Below the pieces are notes generated by a model. The model did not search any database. It worked only from the letters and a program-made list of their open reading frames with translations, and had not been told where the DNA came from. Positions 1 to 9,189 of a stretch of 32,000 nt of DNA are shown one piece after another. How positions within the stretch are numbered: the stretch's first letter is position 1; every line of letters starts with the position of its first letter. The translations under genes and the position numbers were made by a program. This stretch comes from Methanothermobacter sp. (GTDB lineage: Archaea; Methanobacteriota; Methanobacteria; Methanobacteriales; DSM-23052): contig JASFYN010000001.1 of the NCBI GenBank assembly GCA_030055615.1, positions 47,267 to 79,266 on the forward strand, in the 5' to 3' direction.

Positions 1-171
1 AACAGGATTCTTTTTTAATTTACTTGCAATTTCGAAAGATATTGTTGTCGCGAGATCCCCCAGTTCTGGACTGGGGGGTTCTTCAAATTTTATATCAACT
101 ATGGGATAATTGAGAGCTGAAAGGGCTTTTTTTAGCGATTTTCTTGCTAGATCTTCCACCGTTTTTATCAT
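1..171 (-). CDS. argS: arginyl-tRNA synthetase, N-terminal 57 codons (gene continues past the left edge)
   Basis: Not in the ORF track (<60 aa). Hand translation of the minus strand from ATG 171..169 gives [57 protein letters not shown], open to position 1. GGTGA SD lies at 176-180. The E.P.SPELGD...F.iA..LKK.P pattern matches the N-terminal additional domain of archaeal ArgRS as I recall it. Confidence 0.6.
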   Translation of the reverse strand, partial: MIKTVEDLARKSLKKALSALNYPIVDIKFEEPPSPELGDLATTISFEIASKLKKNPV

Positions 172-188
172 TGCTTCACCACTGCCTT

Positions 189-611
189 CTATAATCCTTT
201 TATCCACAGGGTTATGTATCCTATCTTAGGTATTATAAGAAGGTGATTGTCTATTTTGATTACACGGGCTGTTACCTGTGATGGTCTTACTTTTTCAGGG
301 TCTGGAACAGGATTGTTATCACCCTTAGTTATATAATATACTCCATTCTCATCCTCCTTTATATCTATAATCCTGTGTATAACCGGCTCGGGGAACCAAT
401 TAGCATTATATATTATGATATCACCCTTTTTAACATCCAGAGGATTGAATTCTTGGATTCCGAGAAAGTCGCTTTTTTGGACTATAACAATGTCTCCACG
501 ATAAAATACAGGCTCCATGCTACCTGAAACAACCACGTTCATATGCTGTGAAAGTATCACTGCCACCAATAATATTACAATGTATGTTAATAGCTCTAGA
601 TGATCTTTCAA
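189..611 (-). CDS. signal peptidase I, archaeal/eukaryal Sec11-type (S26B)
   Basis: 140-aa ORF with an N-terminal TM helix followed by the conserved boxes SGSMEP (catalytic Ser), GDIV, VIHRI (His) and TKGDNN. Confidence 0.85.
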   Translation of the reverse strand: MKDHLELLTYIVILLVAVILSQHMNVVVSGSMEPVFYRGDIVIVQKSDFLGIQEFNPLDVKKGDIIIYNANWFPEPVIHRIIDIKEDENGVYYITKGDNNPVPDPEKVRPSQVTARVIKIDNHLLIIPKIGYITLWIKGL

Positions 612-627
612 TTTTTCACACTCCTCC

Positions 628-2280
628 TTAACCTCTTAATATAGCTCCTTTATCAGCTGAGGTTGCAAGTTTCTGGTATCTCCTAAGCCACCCTTTAACC
701 TTACGGGTTGGTGGTTCGACTTGGGCAAGTCTTTTTTCTATTTCATCATTTGAAAGTTTAACATCTAGCCTTCTTTTGGGAATGTTTATCTCTATTATAT
801 CCCCATCCTTTAGGGCGGCGATTGGACCGCCTTCAGCAGCCTCTGGTGATATATGTCCTATGCACGGTCCTCTGGTGCCTCCTGAAAATCTTCCATCTGT
901 TATGAGGGCCACTTTTTCAAGACCCATCCCTACTATGGCTGAGGTTGGATTGAGCATCTCTCTCATACCAGGACCGCCTTTAGGCCCCTCATATCTTATA
1001 ACTATAACGCATCCTTCTTCTATTTCACCATCAAAAATTGCCTCGACGCATTCTTCTTCACTGTCAAATACTTTCGCAGTTCCACTATAAGTTAACATAT
1101 CATCTTTGACAGCTGCTTGTTTAACCACCGACCCCCTAGGGGCTAGATTACCCTTAAGGACAGCTATACCACCCTGTCTGTGGATGGGATCATCTAATGG
1201 CCTGATAATATTCGGATCTTTCACCTTTGCATTTTTTATATTTTCTTTCAAAGTTTTACCAGTGCATGTAATCACATTTAAGTTTATCCTCTCTTCTAAG
1301 ACTTTCAGCACGGCCGGTATGCCTCCAGCTCTTTCAAGGTCTATCATATGATTTTCACTTGCAGGGGATATTGCAGCTATATGAGGTATTTTCTTGCTTA
1401 ATTCATCGAATAGATCCAAGTTTACATCAACATTATCAAGTTCGGCTGCGATTGCGGGCAGATGAAGTGTAGTATTTGTTGAACCTCCAAGCGCAACATC
1501 CACAGCAATTGCATTTTCAAAGGCCTCTTGGGTCATTATATCTGCTGGGCGAAGATCCTCCTTCACCATTTCAACAATCCTGGCACCTGAAAGGCGTGCA
1601 ATCTGTAATTTTTTGGACTCTACTGCATGGGCTGTGGCACAGCCAGGAAGGCTCATGCCGATGGCCTCGGTAAGACAAGCCATACTATTTGCAGTGAATA
1701 GACCAGCACATGATCCAGGCCCCGGACAAGCACACTTCTCCAACTCTTCAAGGTCCTTGGGATTTATTCTACCCTCTTTAAGGGCGCCCACACTCTCATA
1801 TACGTTTATAAGGTCGACATTCTTTCCTTGACATTCTCCTGGGAGCATGGGCCCTCCTGTAACAACTATGCTTGGAATGTTGAGTCTGGCTGCGGCCATT
1901 AACATACCAGGGACTATCTTGTCACAAGATGAAAGAAGTATTAGACCATCTAGGCAGTGTGCCTGGATCATGCTTTCAACGGTATCTGCTATTATCTCTC
2001 TTGAGGCGAGGGAATAGCGCATTCCTTCGTGGTTCATTGCTATACCATCACATATTGCCATGGTATGGAACTCAAATGGTATGCCACCTGCTTGGTTCAC
2101 ACCTGCTTTTACAGCTTCTGCTAAACTTTTAAGGTGGAGGTGTCCTGGCACTATGTTAGTGTAACTGTTCGCTATCCCAATGAAAGGTTTTTTGAAATCT
2201 TCATCTGTTAATCCGCAAGCCCTTAATAATGAACGGTGAGGGGCTCTTTCAAATCCTTTTTTAATCTCGTCACTTCTCAT
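628..2280 (-). CDS. ilvD: dihydroxy-acid dehydratase
   Basis: Full-length IlvD/Edd similarity: [46 protein letters not shown]. Start moved to ATG 2280..2278, which is preceded by AGGTGG (minus strand, 2288-2293). The track start at 2304 adds 8 non-conserved residues. Confidence 0.97.
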   Translation of the reverse strand: MRSDEIKKGFERAPHRSLLRACGLTDEDFKKPFIGIANSYTNIVPGHLHLKSLAEAVKAGVNQAGGIPFEFHTMAICDGIAMNHEGMRYSLASREIIADTVESMIQAHCLDGLILLSSCDKIVPGMLMAAARLNIPSIVVTGGPMLPGECQGKNVDLINVYESVGALKEGRINPKDLEELEKCACPGPGSCAGLFTANSMACLTEAIGMSLPGCATAHAVESKKLQIARLSGARIVEMVKEDLRPADIMTQEAFENAIAVDVALGGSTNTTLHLPAIAAELDNVDVNLDLFDELSKKIPHIAAISPASENHMIDLERAGGIPAVLKVLEERINLNVITCTGKTLKENIKNAKVKDPNIIRPLDDPIHRQGGIAVLKGNLAPRGSVVKQAAVKDDMLTYSGTAKVFDSEEECVEAIFDGEIEEGCVIVIRYEGPKGGPGMREMLNPTSAIVGMGLEKVALITDGRFSGGTRGPCIGHISPEAAEGGPIAALKDGDIIEINIPKRRLDVKLSNDEIEKRLAQVEPPTRKVKGWLRRYQKLATSADKGAILRG

Positions 2281-2322
2281 GAAAAACCCACCTGATGATA
2301 ACAAATTATGGGATTATTATGG

Positions 2323-2338
2323 ATTTATAGATATATAG
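2323..2338. promoter_or_regulatory. shared AT-rich TATA-like element between divergent ilvD and the MgtC-family gene
   Basis: TTTATAGATATATAG reads as a TATA-like box in both orientations. It lies about 25-35 nt from ATG 2361 on the + strand (near-leaderless) and about 45-55 nt from ilvD ATG 2280 on the - strand, whose leader carries the SD. Confidence 0.35.
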
Positions 2339-2360
2339 GATGTTGAAGTTATATTATTGT

Positions 2361-3605
2361 ATGGAGTCTTTGATTTTAAGGATCCTTATATCCCTTGGCA
2401 TAGGCGCCCTTATTGGTATTGAGAGGGAAAGACGTAGAAAAAATTCTGAATTTGCAGGTATAAGGACTTTCATGTTAATGGCTCTTCTGGGGACATTATC
2501 AGTTTATGTTTCAGAAATTTTTTCATATTTTTTGCTTGTGGCATTCATAGGACTTGTTGCTCTTATAGTTGTGAGTTATATTATGAGTACGAAGGATGAT
2601 GGTGATATTGGAATTACAAGTGAAGTTGCGGCGCTTTTGACATTCGTACTTGGCGCCATTTGTGCATGGGGTGATGGTTACAAGCTTGCACCTATAGTTG
2701 CGATTATCATAACAGTATTACTCGCCCTTAAAAAGTATTTACATTTATTCGCCAGGCGCATAAGTGAAAGGGAGATGATAGACACCCTAAAATTTCTAGT
2801 AGTTGCATTTGTGATACTACCATTACTTCCCAACACTTATATGGGTCCTTTTAATGTTTTTAATCCGTATCAGATATGGTTAATGGTTGTTTTTATTTCA
2901 GGTATAAGCTATGCAGGGTATATTGCCATGAAGATAATAGGCCCAGAGAAGGGTCTTAGTATTACAGGGATTATTGGGGGCTTGGTATCCAGCACGGCTG
3001 TTGTAACGGCTATGGCTGGACGCGTAAAAGAATCAGAGGGTGTCATGAAAGCTGCTGTGTTCGCATCTGTTGTTGCAAGTTCTATGATGTTTTTCAGGAT
3101 ATTATTCGAGGTCATGGTTATAAATCCGGGACTGTTAACATTCCTTTCATTACCACTTCTTACTATGGGTATTATCGGAATAGCCCTTGGTTTAGGTTTG
3201 CTTAGAACTCCAGATGAAAATGTGAAATCTGAGGTGAAATTGAAAAACCCATTCTCACTAAAACCGGCATTTATTTTTGGGGCCTTCTTTATGGTAATAC
3301 TTTTCACGGCAAAGGCTGCTAATATCTACATAGGAAATGTGGGAGTCTATTTGGCAGGTTTGATATCAGGTGTTGCCGATGTTGACGCCATCACAGTAAG
3401 CATGGCCATTTTATCCAAGAATAATGTGATATCACCATATACTGCGATAACTACAATAACACTCGCAAGCATCTCCAATACCCTTGTAAAACTTGGAATA
3501 GCCTTGTTAGTTGGTACAAAAAGTTTTGGAAAAAGAATAGGGGTAATATTCGCTACTATGATACTTGCAGGGTTAATTATAATCCTCTTAGTTGGTCTTC
3601 GCTAA
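2361..3605 (+). CDS. MgtC/SapB-family integral membrane protein with long C-terminal polytopic extension (DUF4010-like)
   Basis: N-terminal LGIGALIGIERERR motif typical of MgtC/SapB, followed by about 10 predicted TM helices. Start chosen at ATG 2361 (MESLILR) because of the TATA position. The track start at 2340 remains possible. Confidence 0.8.
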   Translation: MESLILRILISLGIGALIGIERERRRKNSEFAGIRTFMLMALLGTLSVYVSEIFSYFLLVAFIGLVALIVVSYIMSTKDDGDIGITSEVAALLTFVLGAICAWGDGYKLAPIVAIIITVLLALKKYLHLFARRISEREMIDTLKFLVVAFVILPLLPNTYMGPFNVFNPYQIWLMVVFISGISYAGYIAMKIIGPEKGLSITGIIGGLVSSTAVVTAMAGRVKESEGVMKAAVFASVVASSMMFFRILFEVMVINPGLLTFLSLPLLTMGIIGIALGLGLLRTPDENVKSEVKLKNPFSLKPAFIFGAFFMVILFTAKAANIYIGNVGVYLAGLISGVADVDAITVSMAILSKNNVISPYTAITTITLASISNTLVKLGIALLVGTKSFGKRIGVIFATMILAGLIIILLVGLR

Positions 3606-3611
3606 TAGGGG

Positions 3612-3941
3612 CTATGATTTTATCATGGTGAGTACCATCTTGTATGGTTCCTTTGCATATAATGCGTGTGGTTCGTTGGCTGGCATGATAATCATTTCCC
3701 CAGCTTCTAGCACATGTTTTTTGCCACTTATTGTTATCTCGGCTTTGCCGTCGATGATCTGGACTATAGCATCAAATGGTGCTGTATGCTCACTTAGACC
3801 TTGTCCTTTGTCGAAGGCGAATACTGTAACTGTACCTGTATCACGTCTTATGATCTCACGACTTACCACTGCACCCTCTTGATAATCTACTAGCTCCTTC
3901 AATTTCAGAACTTTTCCTTTCAAATCCTCCAATTGTATCAC
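3612..3941 (-). CDS. single-domain cupin protein
   Basis: 109 aa. The G.GLSEH...and ...[15 protein letters not shown] pattern fits the two cupin motifs, G(X)5HxH-like and PxxxxH. The GTG start overlaps the TGA stop of the upstream hcp-like gene (GTGA, 3938-3941). Confidence 0.75.
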   Translation of the reverse strand: MIQLEDLKGKVLKLKELVDYQEGAVVSREIIRRDTGTVTVFAFDKGQGLSEHTAPFDAIVQIIDGKAEITISGKKHVLEAGEMIIMPANEPHALYAKEPYKMVLTMIKS

Positions 3942-5416
3942 CTTAACATTTCCTTCATGTCCTCTTCAGGACTGCTTATAAGTTTCAGATCATATTTTTC
4001 CACTAGGAATTTTATGATGTCATCGTTAGCCCAACCAGGGAGTATGGGACCTACATACATTCCTTTCATGTTTAGTGCGAATAAGCTCCAGAGTATGGCT
4101 GTTGCTTTTTGCTCCATCCAACTTAATACTATGCTAAGTGGTAGTTCATCTATTTCCATGTTGAATAATCTGCTGAGGGCTTCTACAATTTCTATTGCCA
4201 CTATGGCATCGTTACATTGTCCAAGGTCTATAAGACGTGGTATTCCCTCTATATCCCCAAGGTTCATGTCATTAAAACGATATTTTCCACAAGCAAGTGT
4301 CAATATAATGGTATCATCTGGAAGTTTACTTACAAATTCTCTATAATATTTTGCTTTGGGGAGTGGGGAGTCGCATCCACCAACCAAGAAAAATCTTCTG
4401 ATCTTACCATCCTCTACAAGCTCTTTTATTTTGTTAGATAATGATAGTATGGTTGAAGCGCCGAAACCAGTTGTAAATGTTTTCTTTTCCTCTTCTTCTT
4501 TTAGTGATGGTAATTCGAGGGCTTTATCGATTAATGGTGTGAAATCATAATCTTCGATGTACTCTACTCCTGGGAGTTTTGCAACGCCACATGTGAACAT
4601 TCTGTCCTTATACTCGTCCTTTGGGAAGAGTACGCAATTTGATGTTCCAAGTATTGCAACTTGATATTTTGAAAATGTTTCTTTTTGATCAAACCATGGG
4701 CCGCCAAGTTGTCCTTTCAAATGTTCATATTTTTTCAAGCCAGGATAACCATGGGCTGGTAAAAGCTCGGAATGGGTGTAGATGTTTACACCTGTATTTC
4801 TGGTTTGTTTTAGTAATTCTTCGAGCGCTTTTAAACTGTGACCTGTTACTATGATTCCTGGCCCGGATGATGCTCCGACTTCTACTATTGTAGGTTTTGG
4901 TTCGCCATAATTGTCTATGTGAGCCCTTTTTAAGAGCTTCATTGTTTTTATGTTCATCTCTCCCGCTTCAAGTGCAAGTTTTATGAATTCTTCTGAGTCG
5001 AAATTGACATTTGTTAGAGTAGAATAGAATCCTCTTTCAAGAAATGCGTCTATTTCATTGTTAGTATATCCTAGTTCACGTGCATGGTAAAGATAGGCGG
5101 ATATTCCTTTTATGACAAATAAGAGGTTGTCCTGTAGTCTTGCGACTGTTGGCTCTTTTCCACAAACTCCTCTTATTGTGCAAGCTTTCCCTTTTACTGT
5201 CTGGGAGCATTGGTAGCAGAACATTTGAATATCCCTTGCCTTTTGTGGGGGTCTTTCTTCCTTTAATGGCTCGAATTGATCTTTTCCAACTCCACAGATT
5301 GGACAAATCCAATCTTCTGGAAGATCCTCAAAAGGCGTTCCAGGTTTTATACCTTGGCTAGGATCGCCCTTCTCTGGATCATAGATATAGTCACATACTT
5401 TACAGCGATATTTCAT
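3938..5416 (-). CDS. hcp: rubredoxin domain fused to hybrid-cluster protein (HCP/prismane, hydroxylamine/NO reductase family)
   Basis: Residues 1-50 are rubredoxin-like: CKVC...YDP..G......[15 protein letters not shown]. From M65 the sequence reads [23 protein letters not shown], the canonical HCP N-terminus with Cx2Cx8Cx5C. The remainder is about 430 aa, a class-III-like length. Confidence 0.85.
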   Translation of the reverse strand: MKYRCKVCDYIYDPEKGDPSQGIKPGTPFEDLPEDWICPICGVGKDQFEPLKEERPPQKARDIQMFCYQCSQTVKGKACTIRGVCGKEPTVARLQDNLLFVIKGISAYLYHARELGYTNNEIDAFLERGFYSTLTNVNFDSEEFIKLALEAGEMNIKTMKLLKRAHIDNYGEPKPTIVEVGASSGPGIIVTGHSLKALEELLKQTRNTGVNIYTHSELLPAHGYPGLKKYEHLKGQLGGPWFDQKETFSKYQVAILGTSNCVLFPKDEYKDRMFTCGVAKLPGVEYIEDYDFTPLIDKALELPSLKEEEEKKTFTTGFGASTILSLSNKIKELVEDGKIRRFFLVGGCDSPLPKAKYYREFVSKLPDDTIILTLACGKYRFNDMNLGDIEGIPRLIDLGQCNDAIVAIEIVEALSRLFNMEIDELPLSIVLSWMEQKATAILWSLFALNMKGMYVGPILPGWANDDIIKFLVEKYDLKLISSPEEDMKEMLR

Positions 5417-5847
5417 AATCTGTCACCGTTATTTATTTCGGTGTGCAAACTATAAGTAATTTTGTCACTAAATTGGTACAAAGTGTGGTTGATGATGGCA
5501 TGAATGTTGTAGAAGAAGCTATTGGAACAATTAGACCCCTACAATATGAATTAGTGGCTTATATGTTGTTTAGTTCATTCATATCGACAACAGCCACCCA
5601 GATAACTCACGCATAAACTTCTAAGGTTTAAAATTTATGGCACTTTAAAATTTTCAATAAAATTTTCATAAGAATTGAGAGAGAGTCAGACCCTAATATT
5701 AATATCATGCTTCTACAAAAGTATCAGTTTCAAAAAAGTGTGTTCAACAAAGCCGAAAAAGGACATAAAAGGTAAGGATGGATCTTTATTCTAAGGTTAA
5801 CTTGAAAAATTAACAGAAACCTTTAGAAAATTTGGGGGGTGAAGGTA

Positions 5848-6105
5848 ATGGCAAATGTTCACTTTATCAAAAAGTATAAAAATCAAATTTACACATGTTT
5901 CACCAAGATAATTGTTAGAAGCCCAGATGTAGGTATCTTCAAAATTTCAAGGAAAATATTCGCTCATAGAGAGTGCTATTGTTGGGGTCTGGAATCAATA
6001 CCAGGAATCGCCGAACTCAAATATTCTAATATCTTGAGGTCTTTGATCAAATTCGATAATCCCCCAAAATTTTATAATCTCAAAAAATTCAAACTAAATA
6101 GTTGA
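5848..6105 (+). CDS. hypothetical small basic protein (85 aa)
   Basis: ORF preceded by a strong SD (GGGGGGTGA at 5834-5842, 5-nt spacer to ATG 5848). It ends 36 nt before thrS. I recognise no motif, so this is supported only by the SD and the open frame. Confidence 0.3.
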   Translation: MANVHFIKKYKNQIYTCFTKIIVRSPDVGIFKISRKIFAHRECYCWGLESIPGIAELKYSNILRSLIKFDNPPKFYNLKKFKLNS

Positions 6106-6141
6106 AGTTTACTCCGCACTTGAAAGGCTTAGGTGATTTAG

Positions 6142-7968
6142 ATGAGGATACTTTTAATCCACGCAGATTATCTAAAATACAATGTACGGAATAAAACAAG
6201 TATAGCAGAGGATATACCAGAGAAGATGATGGAAGGATCCTTTAAAGAATCTTTAGTAGTTTTCACAGCAATTGAAAAAGAAGATGAAACTAATCCAAAG
6301 GCGGTGATCAAAAATGCCATCAAAGAGATAAAAGAGGTTTTTAACAAAGTTAAAGCCGAGAAGATTGTCATATACCCTTATGCTCACCTTAGTTCATCTT
6401 TAAGCTCGCCCGAAATGGCGAAAAAAATCCTAAAAAACATGGAAGCTGCCTTGGAAAATGAAGGATTCAATGTTTCAAGAGTACCATTCGGATGGTACAA
6501 GGCGTTCAAGATATCATGTAAAGGCCATCCACTCTCAGAACTTTCGAGGACAATAAAAGCAGAACCTAAAAGAGAAAAAATAGTTGAAGAAGAAATAGAA
6601 TCCAAATGGTTCATAATCAAAAATGGAAAACTTATAGATCCTAAAGATTTTGAATTCAAAAGCAAGAATTTCAAATCCCTTGTAGATTACGAGTTAGGGG
6701 TCTTGGAAAGTAAGGGTGGAGAACCGCCCCATGTTAAACTCATGAAGGAAAAAAACTTGGCTGATTATGAACCTTCTGCTGATATTGGACACCTCCGCTG
6801 GTACCCGAAAGGGCGTCTTATAAGGGATCTTCTAGCAGATTATGTATATACACTCGTAACATCAGAGGGCGCCATGCCAGTGGAAACACCAATAATGTAC
6901 GACCTTGAAGACAAAGCAATAAGAGTACATGCTGAGAAGTTTGGGGAAAGACAGTACAGGATGAAAAACAAAAAGGAATTAATGTTAAGATATGCTTGTT
7001 GCTTCGGGGCCTTCAGAATATTATCAGATTCGTTTTTAACATGGAAAAATCTCCCTGCACGCGTCTATGAACTTTCAACTTACAGTTTCAGACTAGAAAA
7101 GAAGGGGGAAGTTGTTGGCCTCAAGCGACTTAGAGGTTTCACCATGCCAGATCTTCACACAGTATGCAGAGACATGGGTCAAGCACTTGAAGAGTTTGAA
7201 AAGCAAGTTGAAATTTGTCTTAAAACTTCCAAGGATTTTGAAGTGGATTATGAGGTAATATTTAGGGCTACAGAGGATTTCTATAATCGGTATAAGGATT
7301 GGATATTCTCACTTGTGGAGAAGGTTGGCAAACCCATACTATTGGAACTTTTACCTGAAAGAAAGCATTATTGGATAGCTAAAATGGATTTTGCAGCGAT
7401 AGATTATCTCGGAAGGCCTATAGAGAATCCAACGGTCCAAATAGATGTTGAGAGCGGGGAGAGATTTGATATAACATTTCTTGAGGAAGATGGGACTGAT
7501 AAGAATCCTATAATACTCCATTGCAGTCCTACTGGGAGTATAGAAAGGGTAATATGTAGTTTGCTGGAGAAGGCGGCCATTGAAATGGAAGAGAGGCCTC
7601 CAATGTTTCCTGTGTGGCTTTCACCAACTCAAGTCAGGATAATAGCAGTTGCAGAAAGGCATGTCGATTATTCAATGAAGATTGCTGATAAGATAAGGGA
7701 TGAGGGTATCAGAGTCGATGTCGATGATAGGCCAGAGAGTGTTGGTAAAAAAATCAGGGACGCGGCCAAGGAATGGATACCATATGTTATAGTTGTGGGT
7801 GACAGAGAACTTGAAAGTGCTGAATTTTCAGTGAGTATTAGGAAAACCGGTGCGAAGAAGGTCTTGAAATTAGGAGATTTTATTTCAATGGTAAAAAATG
7901 AAGTAAAAGGGATGCCTTTCAGGCCACTTACTTTACCTGTGAGAGTTTCTGAGAGGATCAATTTCTGA
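6142..7968 (+). CDS. thrS: threonyl-tRNA synthetase, archaeal type with N-terminal DTD-like editing domain
   Basis: 608 aa. The N-terminus [10 protein letters not shown]... is typical of the archaeal ThrRS editing domain. Class II core motifs and a C-terminal anticodon-binding domain are present. AGGTGA SD lies upstream. Confidence 0.95.
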   Translation: MRILLIHADYLKYNVRNKTSIAEDIPEKMMEGSFKESLVVFTAIEKEDETNPKAVIKNAIKEIKEVFNKVKAEKIVIYPYAHLSSSLSSPEMAKKILKNMEAALENEGFNVSRVPFGWYKAFKISCKGHPLSELSRTIKAEPKREKIVEEEIESKWFIIKNGKLIDPKDFEFKSKNFKSLVDYELGVLESKGGEPPHVKLMKEKNLADYEPSADIGHLRWYPKGRLIRDLLADYVYTLVTSEGAMPVETPIMYDLEDKAIRVHAEKFGERQYRMKNKKELMLRYACCFGAFRILSDSFLTWKNLPARVYELSTYSFRLEKKGEVVGLKRLRGFTMPDLHTVCRDMGQALEEFEKQVEICLKTSKDFEVDYEVIFRATEDFYNRYKDWIFSLVEKVGKPILLELLPERKHYWIAKMDFAAIDYLGRPIENPTVQIDVESGERFDITFLEEDGTDKNPIILHCSPTGSIERVICSLLEKAAIEMEERPPMFPVWLSPTQVRIIAVAERHVDYSMKIADKIRDEGIRVDVDDRPESVGKKIRDAAKEWIPYVIVVGDRELESAEFSVSIRKTGAKKVLKLGDFISMVKNEVKGMPFRPLTLPVRVSERINF

Positions 7969-8004
7969 ATGTAGAAGTTCATGAGATTTTATATGAACCC
8001 CACA

Positions 8005-8032
8005 TTATAAGTTATAACTTATAAGTTATAAG
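8005..8032. repeat. 2 x 14-nt tandem repeat built from inverted AAGTTA/TAACTT half-sites; candidate operator/centromere-like site
   Basis: TTATAAGTTATAAC (8005-8018) plus TTATAAGTTATAAG (8019-8032). It contains the perfect 14-nt palindrome TAACTTATAAGTTA (8015-8028) and sits immediately upstream of the parA TATA-like box. Confidence 0.8.
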
Positions 8033-8038
8033 GTATAC

Positions 8039-8046
8039 TTTATAAA
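8039..8046 (+). promoter_or_regulatory. TATA-like box of the parA operon
   Basis: TTTATAAA lies about 45-50 nt upstream of ATG 8091, with a GGAGG SD at 8080-8084. Position and composition fit an archaeal TATA box. No experimental support. Confidence 0.4.
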
Positions 8047-8090
8047 TGATAATTTAGAACTTATTATAGTTAAATTCTTGGAGGTTTTCC

Positions 8091-8867
8091 ATGGGTGAAA
8101 TAATATCCATTATAAACCAAAAAGGAGGCTGTGGTAAAACAACCACAGCAGTAAATTTATCAAGTGCACTCGCAATCCTGGGCAAAAAGGTTCTAATAGT
8201 TGATATAGACCCCCAAGCAAATGCAACAACAGGCTTTGGAGTCAACAAGGCAGAATTAAATTCAACAATATACTCTATTATAAGCGGAGAAGCAGAAATA
8301 GAAGAAACGATCCAAGAGACAATGATACCCAACTTGTATATTATTCCAAGCAACCTTGCCCTCAGTGGCGCGGAAGTGGAACTCACCAGCCAAATAGGCT
8401 ATCACACCATACTCAAAGAAGCTATAGACCCCATCAAAAAAGATTTTGATTACATATTCATCGACGCCCCACCATCTCTTGGAATACTAACATTAAACGC
8501 CCTTGTTGCGGGTGATAGCATTATAATACCAATACAAGCAGAATATTACGCCCTTGAAGGCATGGCTGACCTCCTTAAAACCATGAAATTAGTCGAAAGC
8601 CGCTTAAAGAGTCCATGCCCAATAAAAGGCATACTATTAACACTCTATGATGGGAGAACTCGACTTGGAAGAGAGGTTTACCAGGAGATCAAAAACTTCT
8701 TCTCTCCACAAGAATACATATTCAAAACAATAATACCAAGGAATATTCGCTTAGCAGAAGCCCCAAGCCATGGAAAACCATGCATAATTTATGACAAAGA
8801 CTGTAAAGGTTCCAAAGCATACCTTAAGTTAGCAGAGGAACTAATCAGAATGGAGGACGAAAAATGA
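8091..8867 (+). CDS. parA: ParA/Soj-family partition ATPase
   Basis: Deviant Walker A NQKGGCGKTTTAVNL, DIDPQANAT, and the C-terminal IIPRNIRLAEAPSHGKP block typical of chromosomal Soj. Confidence 0.9.
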   Translation: MGEIISIINQKGGCGKTTTAVNLSSALAILGKKVLIVDIDPQANATTGFGVNKAELNSTIYSIISGEAEIEETIQETMIPNLYIIPSNLALSGAEVELTSQIGYHTILKEAIDPIKKDFDYIFIDAPPSLGILTLNALVAGDSIIIPIQAEYYALEGMADLLKTMKLVESRLKSPCPIKGILLTLYDGRTRLGREVYQEIKNFFSPQEYIFKTIIPRNIRLAEAPSHGKPCIIYDKDCKGSKAYLKLAEELIRMEDEK

Positions 8868-9187
8868 CAAGACAAAATAAAAGTCTTGGAAAAGGTCTCG
8901 ACGCTTTAATAAAAGCAAAATCAACACCCACTCCACGAAAGAAACCTACCAGGGACACATTAACACCCCCAATCACATATCCCAAAGATAAAGTCAAAGA
9001 AGTTTTAGAAGAAGTTAAAAAGAACCCTAGGATAACATTATGGTCCGCAAGATCAGCTGCAGTTTTAAGATACTTAAAGAAGACAAAACCAGAATTCAGC
9101 ATAAGCAAAGAGGCGTCTCTATTAATCGAAGAAGCTGTTAAAAACAAATACCCTGAAATATGGGCTCTATTCTCAGAACTCAAATAG
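8864..9187 (+). CDS. small ParB-like partner: ParB N-terminal LGKGLDAL peptide, disordered linker and predicted ribbon-helix-helix
   Basis: 107 aa. ATGA overlap with the parA stop and its own GGAGGA SD (8852-8857). KSLGKGLDALI matches the conserved ParB/Spo0J N-terminal motif. The C-terminal RITLWSARSAAVLRYLKK...SISKEASLLIEEAVKNKY has strand-helix-helix spacing. Confidence 0.6.
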   Translation: MTRQNKSLGKGLDALIKAKSTPTPRKKPTRDTLTPPITYPKDKVKEVLEEVKKNPRITLWSARSAAVLRYLKKTKPEFSISKEASLLIEEAVKNKYPEIWALFSELK

Positions 9188-9189
9188 GA

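Noticed and set aside
776-2132. Five + strand ORFs (65-104 aa) inside the ilvD region
   Set aside because: They are antisense shadow frames of a full-length, motif-rich IlvD on the minus strand. Their sequences are low-complexity and P/S/L-rich, with no SD.
5619-5798. 10-nt direct repeat TTCTAAGGTT (5619-5628 and 5789-5798)
   Set aside because: A single 10-mer repeat within a 700-bp AT-rich spacer is not clearly above chance expectation, and there is no flanking similarity.
8005-8032. CRISPR array or MITE interpretation of the tandem repeat
   Set aside because: There are only two abutting 14-nt units with no spacers, no cas genes, and no terminal inverted repeats or target duplications. An operator/centromere-like or TATA-like explanation fits better.
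8845-9183. 112-aa minus-strand ORF antisense to the mini-ParB gene
   Set aside because: The + strand frame has the ATGA coupling to parA, a GGAGGA SD and the ParB N-terminal motif. The antisense frame has none of these.
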